Below, one piece after another: positions 61,626 to 64,000 of a stretch of 64,000 bases of DNA. The position numbers and the translations under genes were made by a program. This DNA is from Trichosphaerium sp. ATCC 40318 (lineage: Eukaryota; Protista; Tubulinea): assembly GCA_038496445.1 (NCBI GenBank), contig JALMLS010000064.1:744001-808000 (forward strand), given 5' to 3'. Under the pieces are notes generated by a model that saw only the letters and a program-made list of their open reading frames with translations, did not search any database and was not told where the DNA came from. The stretch's first letter is position 1, and every line of letters starts with the position of its first letter.

Positions 61626-64000
61626 TTAGCAAGACTTGCCGTTTACTTTAACAATATCACCAGAAAAGTGCATAGGAGCTCCGTGATCATGTCTCCAGAT
61701 ACACTTGAATACGATTTGGCGACCTGCCTTAACTGTTTGCAATTTGAACTAAAAAAAAGAAGAGTGAGAAACAATTAGTTAACTAAGACTTCAAAATTAC
61801 CTGAGTGTCAGTTGATGAAATGCGACGAGCTCTAGAATTTGAACCCCAGCATATGTCTAAATTACCAGGACCATTCTGTTGGAGTGTAATTGAGCGTACA
61901 TCTACCATAGTATCTATGGTAACAATAGCGATAGTACCAGTTCCCCAACCTACATAGTGATAAGTTGACTGAAAAAAAAAAGTGATGTTACCTCGTTCCT
62001 CGGAAATACTTGAGATAACGGCACAATTGCCTCCATTTGAAGGCTTTGTTGGTTTAGGTTGTGTTGGTTTAGGCTTTGTTGGTTTTGGTAGCGTTGGTTT
62101 AGGTAATGTTGGCTTTGGTAATGTTGGTTTTGGTAGTGTTGGTCTTGGTGGAGGTGGAGTGTTACCGTTACCGTTGATAATTTCTATTTGATCAATAAAC
62201 ACCTCAGTAGATCCCATAGGTTGGTTATTTTGGATCATAAGACCGTTGATTTCGCGACCAGTAATACCCATCTGAGCAAAAGAAATCTCTACCTAAGCAA
62301 CAAGTTAATATATGTAGTCCATCGAGATTAGTCATGTGTACCTTTTGGAATCCACCAGCTGTGGCTTCGCCCCAAACATGACCGCTTCCAATAATATTCT
62401 TACTCTGGTCTACGTAGGCGCCAACCTTTAGAGGGAAGGCAGTACTTGCAGAGATGTAAAAGCTAACTTTTGTTCCTTTCATGCAGTTAAAACCAGTAGG
62501 ACATGTGATCTTCAATCCTGCCCATTCACCTGTTGGTGTCCACTAATATCATGGAATAAGAAACACATTTAAGAGTCATAAGAGAGAGAACGTACTGAAA
62601 CTGAGTTTTTACCACAGTATGGCGTTCCTAATCTTGTATCGATGACGGAACCCCAACTTTGATCAGAAACAATACCAGAACGGAAAGAGTCATCGTAAAC
62701 AACTTGACCTGTTGTACAAGTCAGAAAACAAGTTTCTATGCTTTGTGCAGCTGATAAATACCCCTAGGTGCGCAAGGTGGCAATGGCTGTGGTGGAGGAG
62801 GTGGTGGTGGTAGAGCCTTTGTAGGTTTAACAGTAGGTCGTGAAGAACTTCCGTCACATTTCATGTAGGGGTCTAGCCAGTCAATTTGTGGATTTCTTCT
62901 GCCAGGCTGAATACTGTACATGTAGTCACCCCATCTTTCTCCAGCAGCCCACCATGTCCAGCCAATGAATATATCAGAGTTTGATTCAATAAAGCTACAA
63001 GCAAACTGTAAATACAAGAAACACAAAGCAATGTTGTAGAATATTGGATATGTTAACGTACTTAAGAGCATGCTCAAGGCAAAGTTTACATTTTGCGTTT
63101 GGTCCAACTGCAAACTCGCCCAAAAAGGCGCGATGGCCGTTAGTTCTGGCCCAATTCGTAAAGGCTCGTAGTTGATCACCGCAGTTTGTGACTTCACATT
63201 CTGGGCTTGTGCCGGAGTGACCGCCACCAGGAGCGGATTTAGGATCGAAGTAGTTGTGAACTTCAATTGCATAGTTGTTTCCTGGGTCCCTGAAGTTTTC
63301 GAAAGCTGCAGCATTTCTACGAATTGATAGTTGAGTAAAGAGAAATTAATCAGACTGTTTCTCAATTATTTCTTACCCTGTATAGCTTTCTGTCCAAGAA
63401 TGAGCACCAGACCACCAATTACCCGGTACAAGTACAAGATTCCTTGCACCTGTACTTCTGATACCGGCTGTGACACGCTCAGCCATGTTTTTCCAGTAGA
63501 TAGTGTCACCCACGCTCTTAAGGTCGTGTGGTTCATTCATTAAACCCTAGTAATAGATGAGTACGAGTCAAAAGAAGAGAGTAGATGGTTACACCAAAGA
63601 AAGGACGTACGAAGATGACTTTATCATTGTTCTTGTAGAGGTTAGCTAGAAGCTTCCACAAGTCAATAAAATCTTGTTCTGAAGCCTCTGCGCCAGGTTT
63701 GCCGATAATATCTTTGTATGTACCTTTTTTGTTTTGATCGCTTGAATAGCGCAAGCTAGAGGACAAAAAGGTTAGCTTGAAAGCTTGGTTTTTAGACAGG
63801 TTTTTGAAAATACAAAAGGTTCATCTGGTTGTAATTCACGCACTAATTGTGTGGGTCTAGAATTACTTTGGCACCCTTAGAGGTCATCATAGAGACAGTA
63901 GCTTTCAAGTTATTGAAGTACTGTTGCTCAAATTCATTGACCGTTTTACCGAATCCACGGGGTTGTTGCAATCTTTCCCATAAGAATGGAAGGCGAAAAA
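61626..64000 (-). CDS. GH5 (subfamily 5-like) endoglucanase with Pro-rich linkers, a central jelly-roll CBM and a C-terminal CBM2-like module (5' end beyond the window)
   Basis: FRLPFLWERLQ, ILDPHN, NEPHD (acid/base), WSGAHSW, EVHNYFD, FLGEFA (nucleophile) and GWTWWAAG. Ends VKVNGKSC*. Confidence 0.9.
62040..62160 (-). repeat. Coding 15-bp tandem repeat (PTLPK/PTKPK linker)
   Basis: PTLPKPTLPKPTLPKPTLPKPTKPKPTQPKPTKP within the GH5 gene. Confidence 0.8.

Noticed and set aside
1-64000. Alternative genetic code suggested by the fragmented ORF track
   Set aside because: Breaks coincide with GT-AG introns. TAA, TAG and TGA all end genes, and conserved Trp residues use TGG.
1-64000. U12-type (minor) intron expansion
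   Set aside because: The donors examined are GTA/GTG/GC types without the RTATCCTT consensus; this was not checked exhaustively.

Overview
Eukaryotic nuclear DNA from a compact, AT-rich (roughly 35% GC by eye) protist genome. It has many short (~40-100 nt) GT-AG introns, often with a CTAAC-type branch point, and uses the standard genetic code. Gene content (Roco-like kinase, alsin-like GEF, TerD protein, GH5 cellulase, LPMO) suggests an amoebozoan-like microbial eukaryote (inference). About 24 genes were reconstructed by hand-splicing, so exon boundaries are approximate. The main candidate for an undescribed system is a family of four paralogous genes built from a ~70-aa tandem repeat (P..FW....NQR..F..IG..L.IK.LDDWY.V....I...GG.GI...Y..S....L..VYP...W.PW.F; 4-8 copies each). 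One member ends in a complete PD-(D/E)XK/RAP-like nuclease domain, while the other three stop at the same point just inside that domain, an architecture like PPR/OPR-RAP/TALEN modular nucleic-acid readers. Other notable items: an intron-containing HEPN (RxxxxH) putative RNase beside a decayed giant-virus-like MORN2 gene, a linker-histone H1-TerD fusion, a PH-PH-degenerate Roc-COR-pseudokinase-kinase, a dibasic-processed Cys-rich peptide precursor, an LPMO and a GH5 sharing a divergent CBM2-like module, and a roughly 7-fold excess of CACGTG across the window. No tRNA, rRNA, CRISPR or intact transposon was seen.
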